Source: Dendrobates tinctorius (lineage: Eukaryota). Taken from it: DNA of 64,000 bases. This document shows positions 62,381 through 64,000 of this stretch, piece after piece. A program made the position numbers and the translations under genes. The notes beneath the pieces were generated by a model. That model searched no databases and was not told where the DNA came from. It saw only the letters and a program-made list of their open reading frames with translations. Position 1 is the stretch's first letter, and each line of letters opens with the position of its first letter. The DNA lies in assembly GCF_039654945.1 (NCBI RefSeq), contig NW_027361674.1:14012001-14076000 (forward strand). Reading direction: 5' to 3'.

Positions 62381-62647
62381 AGTGTGTCACTTTTGCTTTC
62401 ATTTTTATTTCATAACTCAATAGTACACATGAAAATAAGCAGCTTTGTAATATATCTTATCAGAGAAATCTGCTGCTTTTTCATCCCGGATTAATCTTTC
62501 ACTTCTCGTAAATTGAGAATTTTGAGACTAAAAGATCTGTCCAGGATGAGGAAGTAGCAGATTTCTCTGATAAGATATCTTACAAAGTTGATTATTTTCA
62601 TGTCTACTATTGATTTAGATACTAAAAATTAAGACGACATTTACACT
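62381..62647. mobile_element. Kolobok/T2-type MITE
   Basis: TTAA-AGTGT ... ACACT-TTAA; inverted TATCTTATCAGAGAAATCTGCT blocks. Confidence 0.75.
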
Positions 62648-62651
62648 TTAA

Positions 62652-62850
62652 GGCCACATTCACACATGCAGCATTTGGTCAGTATTTTGCCTCAGTATTT
62701 GGAAGCTAAAATCAGGAGAGGAGCAATCAGAGGAAAAGTATAATAGAAACACGTCACCACTTCTGTATATATCACCCTCTCCTCTTCTGGTTTGGGCTTA
62801 CAAATACTGAGGTAAAATACCGACCAAATACTGAATCTGTGAACATGGCC
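62652..62850. mobile_element. Harbinger-type MITE
   Basis: GGCCACATTCACA / TGTGAACATGGCC; TAA TSD. Confidence 0.8.
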
Positions 62851-64000
62851 TAAGGAACATGTTATAATGGATGAGCCAAGAGATCATCATGAATCCATTC
62901 CACTATGGTGAGCTGTTACACAGGAAATTGTTACTTGAGTTTTTGGCATAGTTGGTCTGGAATTGAGCAATTATTTTTTTCATACAATAGTACATGTCCT
63001 GTATTTATATTGGACATTGGTGAAATTATGGTGGTGGTGGGGGTGACATTGCCTATTGTGATTAGTGGATCCTATGTTAGCATCTGTGTTCCCTCTCACT
63101 GTAACCCTGCCTCTGATGATAATGAATCTGCTGAAAACTCTTCCTGAAAGCATGTATTTTTTTGTTGTTGCCTTTTTTATGTCTTTTTAATGCATTTTGG
63201 AGCTGTAATTGCATCCCACTGAGCAAGTAAGGTGGACATTAGTCAAGTCCAGGAGTGGTTGAGTACAGCTTCTGCTGCTTGACTGTTCTAGGTTAAAGCT
63301 CCGCCCACAGGACTAGAAGGCGGTAATTACCATAAACTGAGCAACTGCAATATAATTGGATTTCACCCACAAACCACAGCCTGTCTGGGACATCAGGGGG
63401 TATGTTACTGGATTAGGGGACTATATCGCAGTGATAAAAGTTCGGAGCTTTAGAATCTGTCACAGGTTCCCTATAGGATATATTTTAGATATGTTCCAAC
63501 AGTAAAACAGTTTTTCCACAGCGGGATGGACCTGTGTGCACATATCCCAAGCGTGCCTGCTGCTCTTTTTTTTAGTCAAAATCAAAAATTGTAAAAACAA
63601 AATGAAAGAACCATGAATAATTGTGGGAAATGTTCTCACTATTAATAGCTTATTAACAGATGATACAAACTTGTTTTTGTTAAAGGGGTGATCAAGCTAT
63701 ACACACTTATGGGTCGTCTATAATGGTGATAGCTATAGGATGTACAGAAAAAGCAGTCCCATGTAAGACCTGTTCCTGATATAAGGGGACAGGTGAGAAT
63801 GTCCTTTTGTTTCATAATAAGACACCGGTATTATAATTGGTACTTGGTAGGTGGGTGCTGAGTCATATATTTTACTCTGGGGTCAAGAAGACACAAGTTT
63901 CAAATCTAGGGCCTCCTACTTATATTCCAGAAATGTCTAATACCCCTTTAAGAGAAGCTGCCGTGTGCTATAAATATATATATATATATATTTTTTACTT

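Noticed and set aside
63096-63150. Possible minus-strand terminal exon (EEFSADSLSSEAGLQ*)
   Set aside because: Weak polypyrimidine tract, no recognisable protein similarity and no supporting neighbouring exons

Overview
Vertebrate genomic DNA, most likely an anuran amphibian (inferred from the TE repertoire: sushi/Gmr1 Gypsy elements, L2, Tc1, hAT, Harbinger, Kolobok/T2 and piggyBac MITEs). The only host exon I can support is coding exon 1 of a Rho-family GTPase, RHOJ-like (RHOQ not excluded), on the minus strand at 28387-28543. Positions 1-28386 are therefore probably intron 1 and the rest is upstream intergenic DNA. The window is dominated by nested transposons. (i) A three-level stack: an old tRNA-Ser-primed Gypsy (5424-20109) contains a young, almost intact chromodomain Gypsy (7982-16232), which contains a 2.5-kb solo LTR with an 18-unit stem-loop array. 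(ii) A SCAN-domain Gmr1-like Gypsy with PRO-INT-RT-RH order (35201-43587) contains a non-coding, long-LTR retroelement (38885-42067). (iii) hAT within hAT, with minisatellites and a solo LTR (29856-33897). (iv) An L2-like LINE whose ORF2 begins with a 2A-like peptide. (v) Harbinger MITEs with giant palindromes, and a chain of DNA transposons that share target sites. The most striking pattern is a tRNA-independent self-priming layout in several distinct LTR families: directly visible in two elements (one non-autonomous) and predicted for two solo LTRs. There is one assembly gap at 24398-24571. All counts were made by eye.
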